64,000 nt of DNA, taken from positions 645,360-709,359 of the forward strand of contig OZ223270.1 in assembly GCA_965140585.1 (NCBI GenBank), given 5' to 3'. This stretch comes from Spirochaetia bacterium. GTDB taxonomy: Bacteria > Spirochaetota > Spirochaetia > UBA9216. Below, piece by piece: positions 40,570 to 50,945 of this stretch. Under the pieces are notes generated by a model. That model worked only from the letters and a program-made list of their open reading frames with translations. It was not told where the DNA came from and searched no databases. The position numbers were made by a program, and so were the translations under genes. Positions within the stretch are counted from its first letter, which is position 1. Each line of letters begins with the position of its first letter.

Positions 40570-41838
40570 ATGAAAATCAAAAACATCTTTATTGTATTTA
40601 TTATTCTGTTTGGTCTGCTACTATGCAGTTGTCCGACGGGACCCGGAGATGAACTTCTGCCGGACAGCGGAACAACAAATACTGATCCGGATCCAACAGA
40701 AGATACCGGCTCACTTGACGGCAAGACTTTTTATTTTTCAGGCGTCAACGGTAGTGAACCCGGATACTGGACAGGTTCGAGCTGGACCGGGCTTAAATTT
40801 ACAGATCCGGATGATACGGATTCGAATGTTGCAGATCCAGTTGCCCACAGCATTTTTATCAAGGATACTGATATCTATGTAACGGGTGATTATGAAAAGA
40901 CAGACTGGAGCAGCACAACCGTAGAAGCTCGCCGGGGCGGATACTGGAAAAACAGCAACTTCACTGAGCTTCCTTCATATTTGGAGAATGAGAACCCTGC
41001 CGTTTTCGACTATCACAAGTGGGTTTATGCCTGGGACATTTTTGTCGGAGAAAAAACTTTCGTGATTGGAAAATCAAAAATGAGCAACAGCAATGCTGTT
41101 TTTCCCACTTCCAGCTATTGGCTGGACGACACAATAGGTAAATATAATGAAGAGAGCGATTACTGTACCAATCTTTCTGTCTACACGGATTCGGCAAGAA
41201 CTCTCGATATTCTTACGGCAGGAGGATATTATGCAAATACGGCGACTGATCTCCGTCCCTGTGTTTGGATTTTCGACATTATTGATTCCGGTACAACCTC
41301 ATTATCTCCTGATAAAGTTTCTCTGAAAGATTCGGAGGGGAATTACAAAGGGGGCGAGGTTAACAGCGTTGTTCTTGTTGATGTTGTTTATTATGATTCT
41401 TCAACTGACATCGTAGTAGGTTATGAATTATATGCTGGAGGAAGCTGCGACTCACAGGCCAGCGTCTGGCATGTAGAAATTGATGCGACAACTCTTCCGG
41501 AAAAAATAACACAAACAATTACCGTTCTTGATACCTCTGCGTCCATGGTGCATGAGGTTGTTAAAACCGAAAATAATCTCTACGCCGGCGGATACATCAC
41601 CAACAACAGCGTAAAGGTCGCCGGTTACTGGAAGAACAGTGTATGGAACGCTCTGGGCAGCGGAACGGCCGACAGCGAGGTTATAAGCCTTGATGTCGCG
41701 GGCAGCGATGTCCTGGCTGGAGGTTACATCACTAACGGCAACGGAAAGGTAGCCGGTTACTGGTACAACGGAACATGGAACGCTTTGGGTGACGGCTCTC
41801 AAGCCTCCTATATAACGGATTCATGTGTAGCAGAATAG
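40570..41838 (+). CDS. Lipoprotein with AGGY...AGYWxN beta-propeller-like repeats
   Basis: Lipobox LCSC. Two similar 44-aa repeats at ~41581 and ~41713 (AGGYITN..KVAGYW.N..WNALG). Confidence 0.7.
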   Translation: MKIKNIFIVFIILFGLLLCSCPTGPGDELLPDSGTTNTDPDPTEDTGSLDGKTFYFSGVNGSEPGYWTGSSWTGLKFTDPDDTDSNVADPVAHSIFIKDTDIYVTGDYEKTDWSSTTVEARRGGYWKNSNFTELPSYLENENPAVFDYHKWVYAWDIFVGEKTFVIGKSKMSNSNAVFPTSSYWLDDTIGKYNEESDYCTNLSVYTDSARTLDILTAGGYYANTATDLRPCVWIFDIIDSGTTSLSPDKVSLKDSEGNYKGGEVNSVVLVDVVYYDSSTDIVVGYELYAGGSCDSQASVWHVEIDATTLPEKITQTITVLDTSASMVHEVVKTENNLYAGGYITNNSVKVAGYWKNSVWNALGSGTADSEVISLDVAGSDVLAGGYITNGNGKVAGYWYNGTWNALGDGSQASYITDSCVAE

Positions 41839-41862
41839 ATCACGGATATAACAGGAGTTTTT

Positions 41863-43314
41863 ATGAAAATAGCTAAACGAATGATGATCTTGAATATAAT
41901 ATTGGTGGCGGGACTTTTTACGGCCTGCAATACGGATCCGCTTATCGGTTCCACCGGAACGGCCCTGGGGGCCGTAGATGTTGACGGTGACGGAAATTTT
42001 AACGACGGAACGGCAATCGATGCAGACGGCGATGGAATCGCTGACGGTGTAGATTCCAGCGGCGACGGTGCAATAGATCTGCCCTGGTCTGATGATTATA
42101 AGATTGATCCTGCTGACGACGGAGGTTCAACAGCCCCTGATACAACCGCTCCCGGGGAGGTTGTGAATTTGAAGGCAACAAAGATGATTGATGAGGGATG
42201 GGGCAGTGAGGTCGTATTTACCTGGGATGATCCATCCGATAGTGATCTAGCGTATGTTATAATTACCTATGACACTATTAATAAAGATGGTGATTTCTCT
42301 TACATTCCCAAGGGTAAACTCACAACAACTTGCTGGTCTCAAAAGCCCAATACAATATCAAGTTATACTTTTCAGACTAAGGATAAAACCGGGAATTTAT
42401 CCGAAGGTGTTACTGTAGAATTATTTGTGCCTACGGCACGAAATCTGGATATTACCTACGTCGACAACAATGATAACCTCAATACTTTGCTGAAGACTAC
42501 CGGCTACTACATCCTCGAAGAAGATATAGTATTGAGTAATGACAGCAATCCAAACTGGACTCCGGTAGAAAAATTCAATGGAATCTTGTGGGGAAATGGA
42601 CACAGTATTTCCAATGTTACAATCAATACTTCTGGCAGCTACGTCGGTTTCTTTTCCAGTTTCATGTATTCCGACTCAAATGCAGTCATCATTAGAGATC
42701 TTGTTCTTGATAATATTGAAGTTGAAACAGACAACGGCTATGCGGGGGCGCTTGTCGGTTTTGTCAGCAGTTCTGCAAGAATAATCAATTGCGGAGCAAA
42801 GGGTACTGTAACATCAACAGCAGATAAGGTAGGAGGCTTGTTGGGTTTTGCTGACTCAAATCCGGAAATCCGAAAATGTTATGCCGATGTCAATGTTACA
42901 GGAGCTGGAGTTGTGGGAGGTTTCGCCGGTTCCATCAATACTGCCACAGATTGTTATGCAGTCGGCACGGTGGATAAACCATCGTCGTCCGGCAGCGTCG
43001 GCGGCTTTGCCGGAGCGGTTACCGGTTCGGTTAAACAATGCTATGCAGCAGGGGAAGTAACCGGTACTTCGGGGAATGTATATGGTTTTGCCGGTAGTAT
43101 CGGTAGTAGCGGTAGTATCACCAATTGTTACTATAATTCTGATTTAGCAGGGGTAAGCGTTACCGACGGAGATTCGGCTAAAAGTTCCAAATCCATTAAT
43201 CTTACCAATAAATCCCTGTTTACCGGGTTTGACTTTACTTCGGATAACCCTGTGTGGTCTACCAATAGTTCGGTCAACAATGGAATGCCCTACCTGACGA
43301 GTTTGAAACCCTAG
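41863..43314 (+). CDS. GLUG-repeat surface lipoprotein with DxDGDG loops (paralogue 2)
   Basis: Lipobox FTAC. Same architecture as paralogue 1. Ends WSTNSSVNNGMPYLTSLKP. Confidence 0.8.
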   Translation: MKIAKRMMILNIILVAGLFTACNTDPLIGSTGTALGAVDVDGDGNFNDGTAIDADGDGIADGVDSSGDGAIDLPWSDDYKIDPADDGGSTAPDTTAPGEVVNLKATKMIDEGWGSEVVFTWDDPSDSDLAYVIITYDTINKDGDFSYIPKGKLTTTCWSQKPNTISSYTFQTKDKTGNLSEGVTVELFVPTARNLDITYVDNNDNLNTLLKTTGYYILEEDIVLSNDSNPNWTPVEKFNGILWGNGHSISNVTINTSGSYVGFFSSFMYSDSNAVIIRDLVLDNIEVETDNGYAGALVGFVSSSARIINCGAKGTVTSTADKVGGLLGFADSNPEIRKCYADVNVTGAGVVGGFAGSINTATDCYAVGTVDKPSSSGSVGGFAGAVTGSVKQCYAAGEVTGTSGNVYGFAGSIGSSGSITNCYYNSDLAGVSVTDGDSAKSSKSINLTNKSLFTGFDFTSDNPVWSTNSSVNNGMPYLTSLKP

Positions 43315-43322
43315 TAATAGTC

Positions 43323-43363
43323 AGTCCCCTTCCAGAGCAGTATCTCTGCCTGGAGAGGGGGCT
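43323..43363 (+). terminator. Stem-loop after lipoprotein operon
   Basis: AGTCCCCT-TCCAG...CTGGAG-AGGGGGCT imperfect inverted repeat. Confidence 0.55.
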
Positions 43364-43615
43364 ATGTTATGCCCGTAATTGGAAGCGCCGATGGGCTTAG
43401 ACCCGAATGCAGGCGGTAAACTCGAGAAGGTCGAATACAACTCAGTAATGCTTTATAAAATTCCCCTATAAGAAGTAATTACCCCGGTTTTATCAAGTCC
43501 TCAAAGATCATGAATACCTCTATTGGAAAAATGGGACTGAATAAACTGTTCTTGATGCTGCGGGTATGAAGTTCAGTACGGCATAATTGCGTGTTTTATA
43601 TCTGTCAATGAATAA

Positions 43616-43632
43616 TCACCCGTTACGGGTGA
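43616..43632 (+). promoter_or_regulatory. TCACC-N7-GGTGA operator, copy 2
   Basis: TCACCCGTTACGGGTGA (7-bp arms), 22 nt before TATATT (43655-43660). Confidence 0.72.
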
Positions 43633-43717
43633 GTTCTAAGCATGCTTTTAAGAATATATTTAATCTCAAGAGATATATAAAAATATAAAAACCTAAAATC
43701 AGCAACAGGAGATATAG

Positions 43718-45166
43718 ATGAAAAAAATGACATGGTTTTTAATTACAGTTATAATTATTGGCGGACTGCTTGCTTCATGTTCACCGGTTATCGGAGGAAG
43801 CGGAATCTCGATTGGTTCTGTAGATCTGGACGGAGACGGCATTGCCGATGCAACAGCAATAGATTTGGACGGCGACGATTTGCCTGACGGTGTTGATTCC
43901 GACGGCGACGGTACAATAGATCTGCCATGGTCTGATGATTTTAAGATAATTCCGACCGACGACGGAGATTCATCCGGGCCCGGTACAACAGACCCCGGTA
44001 CAACAGACTCCGGAGAAGTGGTGAACCTGAAGGCAACTAAGATTACCAACGGAAACGGCTGTGCAGTCACGTTTACCTGGGAGGATCCCTCCGATAGTGA
44101 TTTTATGTATGTTAGAGTTACTTACGATATCACTACGGGTAGTACTATGGAATGGGCAGACAAGGGTGACCTCACAGTAACTTTAGATAAACAAAAAACC
44201 AATTCAATATCAACCTACACGTTTCAAACGGTGGACGAAAACTGGAATTTCTCTGAAGGTATTACTTTAGAAGTATTTATACCTGCAGCAGGAGATTGGG
44301 ATATTACCTACATTGACAACAAGGATAATCTGAATACTTTGCTGAACACTCCCGGCTACTACATCCTCGAAGAGGATATCATTCTAAATAATGACGGCAA
44401 CCCAAACTGGACACCGGTAGAAAATTTCACGGGAATTTTGTGCGGAAATGGTCACAGCATCTCTAATGTTACGATTACTGACAAGGGAAGCAGCTCGTAT
44501 TTTGGTTTTTTCTCCAATACAGGAGACGGCTCGGTTGTGAGAGACCTTGTCCTGAAAAACATCAATGTAACATCGAATAATGAAAGGTCGGGAACTCTGG
44601 CCGGATATGTTGGGACCGGCAGCCGTATAATCAATTGCGGAGCAAGCGGTACTGTAACATCAACGGCAAAATACACAGGCGGCTTGTTGGGATGGGTTGA
44701 AGAACAGTCGGTGATCCAATACTGTTATGCTGATGCCGATGTTGTAGGATCCAGATTTGTGGGCGGGTTTGCAGGTCAAATCTACAAAGCCAATGACTGT
44801 TATGCTCTTGGTAATGTGGAAGGTACATCCGAGGATAATCCAACCGGCAACGACGGAGACTGCGTCGGCGGCTTTGCCGGATATGTTCGCAATTCGGTTG
44901 AAAACTGCTATTCCGCCGGGGCGGTAAAAGGTGTTTTGTGGAATGTTCATGGTTTTGCTGGAATTTTCTATGAGATTAACAATTGTTACTTTAATTCAGA
45001 GCGTGCAGGTGTTATGAAAGGGGATGGGAGCTCAGATTCCAAATCGATTGTTCTTACTGATTTTACCAAGTTTGCCGGCTTTGACTTTACTTCGAAGAAC
45101 CCTGTCTGGTCTATTGATAGTTCAATTAACGGTGGAATGCCCTATCTAACGAGTTTGAAACCATAG
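43718..45166 (+). CDS. GLUG-repeat surface lipoprotein with DxDGDG loops (paralogue 3)
   Basis: Lipobox LASC. Close to paralogue 2 in patches. Contains a 15-bp tandem duplication CCCGGTACAACAGAC x2 at 43979-44008. Ends WSIDSSINGGMPYLTSLKP. Confidence 0.8.
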   Translation: MKKMTWFLITVIIIGGLLASCSPVIGGSGISIGSVDLDGDGIADATAIDLDGDDLPDGVDSDGDGTIDLPWSDDFKIIPTDDGDSSGPGTTDPGTTDSGEVVNLKATKITNGNGCAVTFTWEDPSDSDFMYVRVTYDITTGSTMEWADKGDLTVTLDKQKTNSISTYTFQTVDENWNFSEGITLEVFIPAAGDWDITYIDNKDNLNTLLNTPGYYILEEDIILNNDGNPNWTPVENFTGILCGNGHSISNVTITDKGSSSYFGFFSNTGDGSVVRDLVLKNINVTSNNERSGTLAGYVGTGSRIINCGASGTVTSTAKYTGGLLGWVEEQSVIQYCYADADVVGSRFVGGFAGQIYKANDCYALGNVEGTSEDNPTGNDGDCVGGFAGYVRNSVENCYSAGAVKGVLWNVHGFAGIFYEINNCYFNSERAGVMKGDGSSDSKSIVLTDFTKFAGFDFTSKNPVWSIDSSINGGMPYLTSLKP

Positions 45167-45172
45167 TGATAT

Positions 45173-45217
45173 AGATCCCCTCTATGGTAATACATGTCTG
45201 CTTATAGATGGGGATTT
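45173..45217 (+). terminator. Stem-loop after paralogue 3
   Basis: AGATCCCC-TCTAT...ATAGAT-GGGGATTT, followed by a T-rich stretch. Confidence 0.5.
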
Positions 45218-45599
45218 GTCTTTTTGGGGATCGGAAATAATAAGTTTTGTGGATCAGATTTATCACTATAACCGATTGAATCGATTCTTTCTTTATTAAA
45301 GTTGAATTATGATGAAAATAAATCCAATGTGATTTTTAGAACTTTGACCAAGAGCCATTTGGTTGATTTTCGCCTATGTAATTCTATCGCAAGAAAACTA
45401 TTAATCACAAGGAGATCCGATTAAAAGTTTTCTTGCTGAATCAGTAACTGCGTTAATCTTTGATGCCATGCTTGTTTTCTTTTCAATATCATAATCCGTA
45501 ATGTAATGTACATCAAACAGTTTTTCCGTTTTATAGCCAGGGCGTAGAAAATTCAACCTCCCGAGACAACGACTCCATCCATCGAGCCAGATTGAGAGT

Positions 45600-46110
45600 A
45601 ATTCTTTTCTTATATCTGTAACGTATATCACATTCGAGAGTTCTGCGAATTCCGGATATATCGCCTAAAATATTTTTTGAGCAGGTCAGTACGGCTTCAT
45701 TAAACACCTCCTTTTCATTACATTATCAGGATATAGCGGAAAGTATTTTATAGAAGCCTCAATGAGATTCTGGAAGAAATGGGTTCCGAAAGAAACTTCG
45801 GGAACATAACCTCCCTTTTTTCTGGCAATTTCGATTAGCATGACGGTATTGTTAATATCAGAGTAGTTCCCCTTATTGAGTTTCCCTACTGCTTTTCGCC
45901 TACATCCATTGGGATAGGCGGTGGAGCACTATCCCGATACCCGGCCTGCGGTCTGCACTGGAGAAGATAAAGCCTGTTGTTGCTGTACGCAAACTCTACA
46001 TCTACAATATTGTTCAGGCGTTCATTTAATTCATCTATTATTCTTTTTAATTTTGTGATAATTGATGTGTTTACTATAAATGATTCGAGTGTGAAAAACG
46101 AAGTCATCTG
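45600..46110 (-). pseudogene. Fragment of PEP/pyruvate-binding-domain (PPDK_N-like) protein
   Basis: The minus strand reads VDVEFAY..LYLLQCRPQ and, after a deletion, YSDINNTVMLIEIARKKGGYVPEVSFGTHFFQNLIEASIKYFPLYPD. Confidence 0.7.
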
Positions 46111-46297
46111 TTTCGGGATCGTTTTGATAGCGGTTTTTAATCTTTAATATATCGTCTTCAAATATCGAGTACAAATTCTTTATATCAGGAAAATAAACCG
46201 AACAACTACAGGTTGACAAGAAAAGTCGTTTGGGGTTTGGATTTATCCTCTAACGCAATAACGTACACGTACGATATTTAATAACTTAGGAGAAAAA

Positions 46298-46500
46298 ATG
46301 AAAGGCTCCTTTTGGCTGGTTGTATCCATGATTGTCATCATGATCGGGGTGTTAGGTTTAAATCTCATCCAGTCTTCTGGTGGAAATGTGAAGATCAAGG
46401 AGATTAAGCTTATTTCCACAGGTGGGAGACAACATAATGCAAAAAATTTATATTCCTAAAGTATAATCAGCAGATAATAAATTACCCCTGATTGGGGTGT
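46298..46500 (+). pseudogene. N-terminal remnant of a membrane-anchored alpha/beta hydrolase
   Basis: GGAG RBS, then MKGSFWLVVSMIVIMIG..IQSSGGNVKIKEI, a frameshift, and LYIPKV*SADNKLP. Confidence 0.45.
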
Positions 46501-46955
46501 AATTGCTGGAAAATATGATGAATATTTTTTCAGACAACCTGATGTTTGGAATGATCCTGTAAGAATTCTTGAAAGCAAAGCAGCCTTGGAATTTATTAAG
46601 CAAGTTGATAAAAAGGCAACATGCAACAGGGCCTGTTGAGGATGGAAATAAATATAAAAGCGAAATAAACGGCAATTAATTTTTACGTGTTTATTATCAA
46701 GATCCGGAAATTCACCCACAGAATGTCTTTTCCAGAAAGACAGCCGCCAATGCTATTGACTTTTTCTTTCTAAACATTTTATTGAATATAGAATTATAAA
46801 GATGCATATGTATAAGTTTAAATGAGCTAAATTCAGATAAAAGTTTTTCGATGTTTTTAGTCTTAAAACTTATAAATTATTAAGAAATTTCTGTTCATAA
46901 TATGAAAATTTCTTTATTGTATATTCAATAGAATAATTCTTATTTAGGAAGCATC

Positions 46956-48323
46956 ATGTATAAAGTTAGAGTCGTATTTTTTTTACTACTGTTTCTGAGC
47001 CTTACTTTCAATACCAATGCTCAGAAACAAGATAATGATATTTATAAAGCTGATTATATTGAAGCATGCACGCTTATAGCTAAAAACTATATTTATTTAG
47101 AACCTAAATTGAACGTTTCCAGAGAGCAATTTCTGGCGGATCATCTTAAACATGCTGATGAAGTTAACTGGAACAACAATAAAACGATTTTTATTAAGGA
47201 AATGCAAAATCTCCGAATGCTTTTTCCCGATGGTCATTTCGGGATTGAGTTTAGTAATACTGTTTCTCCTATTAGGAAAGGAAAATTTTTAGGCTTCACT
47301 TGTTCTCTTAGTGATGATGGAAACATATATGTAGGAAGGATTTACCCTTTTTTTAGCAGTGTGCTTTCAAAAGGAGATATAATACTTGAATGGAACGATA
47401 TAAGTATACATACTGAGATAGAACGTCTTGCTGAATTGGATCCTCAATCAACAGATTTTGCATCTTTAGAAAAAGCAGCAAGAATCTTAACGCTTGATTA
47501 TCCATTTTATCCGCTTAGGTCCGACTATGATCCAGTAAAAATCAAATACTTGGAAAAAGACAGTGGGAAAATCAGAGAATGCACATTTATATGGGCTGAT
47601 TGTTCAGCAACTACAGATTGGAAAAATGTAAGTGAAAATGAGATATTAGTTAACCCTAGCGGCATTCCTTCTCTTGAGACATTGCCTGCAGATTCTTTGT
47701 GGGTCAATGACAGATTGATTTATTATATAAGGAAATTAGATGACGAAGTCCTTGCTGTTCTTCATCCGAGGTCTTTTAATAGGTGGACTTTGGATGATCT
47801 GGATGAAACTTTCAAACGAATTAAAGAAGAATCTCCAACAATGCTTCTTCTAGACCTAAAAGACTCAGCAGGTGGATATTTTGACCAGGTGCTTTATTTA
47901 TCGCATGCTCTAAATGTCAATAAACCGTTTCTGTTTAACTACGATGTGATAAATGAAAACACGGGATTCAGATCACAGGGAATTGATGATTTTTACGAAA
48001 TCTCCTCAAAAATTCATCTTGAAAATATTTGGAAGGGTAGAACATATATAAGAATAAACCCTATAACTAAAAGTGCAGGGGATTTCTTTTCTCGTTGGAT
48101 GCAGCTTAACCAACGTGCCGTTTTTATCGGTTCTCCAACTGCAGGAGCCGGTGGCGGAACTGATGAATTTATCCTCCAAAATACTAAAACAAGTATTTAT
48201 TTTCCGCTAAGAGATAGAACTATTCAATCTGATGCATTCGGGATTGAAGGGCATTCAGTTCTGCCGGATGTCGACAAGAGTCTTGAATCGATAAAAATCA
48301 TTGAAATGTTTGAAAACCAGTAA
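46956..48323 (+). CDS. Secreted S41-family (tail-specific-like) peptidase with PDZ-like segment
   Basis: Signal peptide. Motifs PDGH, KGDIILEWND, LLLDLKDSAGG, KSAGD, FIGSPTAG and IEGHSVLPD. Confidence 0.75.
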   Translation: MYKVRVVFFLLLFLSLTFNTNAQKQDNDIYKADYIEACTLIAKNYIYLEPKLNVSREQFLADHLKHADEVNWNNNKTIFIKEMQNLRMLFPDGHFGIEFSNTVSPIRKGKFLGFTCSLSDDGNIYVGRIYPFFSSVLSKGDIILEWNDISIHTEIERLAELDPQSTDFASLEKAARILTLDYPFYPLRSDYDPVKIKYLEKDSGKIRECTFIWADCSATTDWKNVSENEILVNPSGIPSLETLPADSLWVNDRLIYYIRKLDDEVLAVLHPRSFNRWTLDDLDETFKRIKEESPTMLLLDLKDSAGGYFDQVLYLSHALNVNKPFLFNYDVINENTGFRSQGIDDFYEISSKIHLENIWKGRTYIRINPITKSAGDFFSRWMQLNQRAVFIGSPTAGAGGGTDEFILQNTKTSIYFPLRDRTIQSDAFGIEGHSVLPDVDKSLESIKIIEMFENQ

Positions 48324-48349
48324 TATTCAGTTATTTTACTGGAAATTTT

Positions 48350-48676
48350 TTATACATGAGCGGGAAGGATAATGTTGAAAACGGCACCTGCCTCGTCATT
48401 ATTTGCTGCATAAAGATTCTCTCCGATTTTTCTTAGAGCATTCATTGAAAGAGACAATCCGGTTCCGGTATGCTCTTCTTCCTTCCCTGCCGCAATGCCC
48501 GATCCTCTATCGGTTATGCGGATTCTTATTTCCCGTGCGGCGGAGCAGGATTCAATTGTGATTAATCCGCCATGGGGAGAGAAAACAATGGCATTGTTAA
48601 TGATCTGTTCGCAGGCATAATGAAGAGGAACCTGAAAGCCTGTCCATTTAAAGGCAGGGCCTGATTTTGTGAGCAT
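48350..48676 (-). pseudogene. Isolated HATPase_c fragment of a histidine kinase
   Basis: QIINNAIVFSPHGG..ITDRGSGI..HTGTGL, with an apparent lid deletion and no HisKA domain. Confidence 0.65.
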
Positions 48677-49206
48677 AATGCTTACACCTTTCTTCTGTTA
48701 AAGGCAAATATAGTTCTGAACGGTTCTCTCTAAAAAGCTGTTTATATGGACTGTTTCGGGAAGCGGTCCTGTGGCGAATAATTCCAAAGCAGGACTATGG
48801 ACTCTGATGAATTTGTCAATTCGCAAAAGGTTCTTCTTGATAATCCGGGAAAAGATAGTTCTTTTTCCGCATTTTTCCCATCCCTAAGCACCTGAGCTCC
48901 AAAATGATGAGTAAAAAGAGTCTCCCGATGTCTCTTTAAGACCATTCATCAGGAACCAGTCGGTTGAATGAGATCTTGCCTCCTGAAAGTCCAATTATTC
49001 ACATAAGGAACTATAAATAACCGGATGTTTATTATATCTACTCATTTGGGAATATATTTATATAAAAACTTGAAATCCGCCTGCTACTTTCATAAAATTA
49101 AATAAATTATTGAGTTGATAATACTTAAAGGATTTTGCATCTTACAAAGAATCATCATTGCTGATGTATTAAATTCAACAAGGGAAATCAACAGGAGGAT
49201 TAGTTT

Positions 49207-50400
49207 ATGAAAAATAACAGGTTTCTTTTGTTACTTTTGATCGGCATAATAGTCATTATCGCAGTGACTATTTTTATGGTCTTGATGATTGAGCGGGATG
49301 TTATAGAACCGATTATTGCAATGATAGTGATTCCTGCTGCGACAATTATTCAGGGAGTATTCATTTTTAATAACTATCGAGAGACTCGAAATTGGTATAA
49401 TCAATTGCTAGATCTTATCCCTCAGCCTATTTCAGTTACCGACATGAAGATGAGATGGACCTTTATAAACAAGCCTGTTGAAGACATGCTCCAGTTGAAG
49501 AGGGGAAAGGTCCTTGGAAAACATTGTTCAAATTGGGGAGCAAAGATCTGTAACACCGAGGATTGTGGTATTCATTGTCTTAGAAACGGCAACTCAAAAA
49601 CAAGCTTTGATCAGCTGGGTATGAATTTCAAGGTTGATACAAATTATTTATACAACACCAGGGGCAAGAAATCAGGCCATATTGAAGTAGTCGGAGAGGT
49701 TACCGAAAAGGTACAGTTGGATCAGTTGAAAGTGAGACTCCGTACCGATGTAAACGAATTAGTTGATAATTTAACAAACGGTTCTTCAAAACTTGCTGCA
49801 TCCTCTGAAGAGGTAAGTGCTTCTATTGAGGAAATATCAGCATCTCTCAATCAAAACTCTGAAAACTCTTCAAGCACAGAGCAAAAAGCGAGGGCTGTAG
49901 CGGGTGAGGCTGAAACCTCTGGAACCGCTCTGGAACAGTCGATACAGGCAGTTAACGAAATTGTAGAGAAGAATACAATAATTCAGGAAATAGCGAGACA
50001 GACAAATCTTCTTGCATTAAACGCGGCAATTGAGGCGGCACGAGCCGGTGAGGCCGGAAAGGGCTTTGCCGTTGTAGCCGGAGAAGTAAAGAAACTGGCA
50101 GAAAGAAGTCAACTTGCAGCCAATGAAATAGAAGGCCTTATCAAGTCTACAAGGGATATTACAAACAACGCTGGTGAGAGCATAAGGATGCTGATACCCA
50201 ATGTTAAAGAAACAGCCGAGTTGGTTAAAGAGATAAACCAAACGACCCAGGAACAGAGATCAAGCATGGAACAAATTTCGATAGCGATTCAATCAGTTAG
50301 TAATTTTGCGATGGAATCAAATTCTATATCTGAGCAATTACAGAGCATGTTTAGTGAACTTGAGAATTTCGGAGAGCAGAAAATGATTGAAGAACTTTAA
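49207..50400 (+). CDS. Methyl-accepting chemotaxis protein with cytoplasmic Cys-rich PAS domain
   Basis: Two closely spaced TM segments. PAS segment [37 protein letters not shown]. Tip [20 protein letters not shown]. Confidence 0.9.
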   Translation: MKNNRFLLLLLIGIIVIIAVTIFMVLMIERDVIEPIIAMIVIPAATIIQGVFIFNNYRETRNWYNQLLDLIPQPISVTDMKMRWTFINKPVEDMLQLKRGKVLGKHCSNWGAKICNTEDCGIHCLRNGNSKTSFDQLGMNFKVDTNYLYNTRGKKSGHIEVVGEVTEKVQLDQLKVRLRTDVNELVDNLTNGSSKLAASSEEVSASIEEISASLNQNSENSSSTEQKARAVAGEAETSGTALEQSIQAVNEIVEKNTIIQEIARQTNLLALNAAIEAARAGEAGKGFAVVAGEVKKLAERSQLAANEIEGLIKSTRDITNNAGESIRMLIPNVKETAELVKEINQTTQEQRSSMEQISIAIQSVSNFAMESNSISEQLQSMFSELENFGEQKMIEEL

Positions 50401-50432
50401 TAAGAGGATGATGTGAAATATACCGATATGGT

Positions 50433-50590
50433 CCGTGCGTTTTTTTTATACATCCTTAAGCACTTGAGCAGTAGTAATGATGGTGTACCCCGGACAATAT
50501 CTTCATTTTCTTGATTATACCAGAACATTCTTGTATATCAGCATCAGGCATCTTATTGATGCCCCGATGCATCCTCTGATTGTTATACAA
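50433..50590 (-). mobile_element. Third IS remnant: transposase C-terminus and right end (same family)
   Basis: The minus strand reads YNNQRMHRGINKMPD..IKKMKILSGVHHHYYCSSA*. The terminal CCGTGCGTTTTTTTTATACATCC (50433-50455, plus strand) resembles the left-end sequence at ~20894-20918 in inverted orientation. Confidence 0.7.
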
Positions 50591-50754
50591 ATACCCGACA
50601 CACTACAGCCAAAAACACAACCTTCTCAAAACAGCTGGAATATCCCCGGCATTCTGGTTCTGGAAAGATGTTTTCGATCTATTAACATATTAAAAAGGCG
50701 GGGTTTCATTCTACAGATGTTCCCAGCCTGGAAGAGAAAATAAATCCGAATCAT

Positions 50755-50945
50755 TTGTCACAAAAGTTTATTGTATACATCAGACAACCCTCCCAATTCC
50801 AGGTGCAGAATAACCTTGAAAGCCGGCGGCTTCAGTACAAAATAAAGAAAAGGATAGTGGATTTAAGATGGAATAATGTTGAAGTCATAGACGATGAGTT
50901 TGGTCAATCCGCTTCTGGGACCGTTTTGCGTACAGGAGATTTGAA
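50755..50945 (+). pseudogene. N-terminal fragment of a large serine recombinase
   Basis: IVYIRQPSQFQVQNNLESRRLQY..VEVIDDEFGQSASGT..RTG matches the YxRQS..Q..ES..RQY..IDED.G.S pattern, and is truncated. Confidence 0.7.

Noticed and set aside
41581-41800. AAC-rich 132-bp-period repeat as a TR/VR pair
   Set aside because: Both copies are in frame within one gene and mismatches are not restricted to adenines of one copy, so this is a propeller-blade duplication.
46484-46498. ACCCC-TGATT-GGGGT palindrome as a third LuxR-type box
   Set aside because: The arms and spacing differ from TCACC-N7-GGTGA, it lies within a pseudogene remnant, and no gene start follows.
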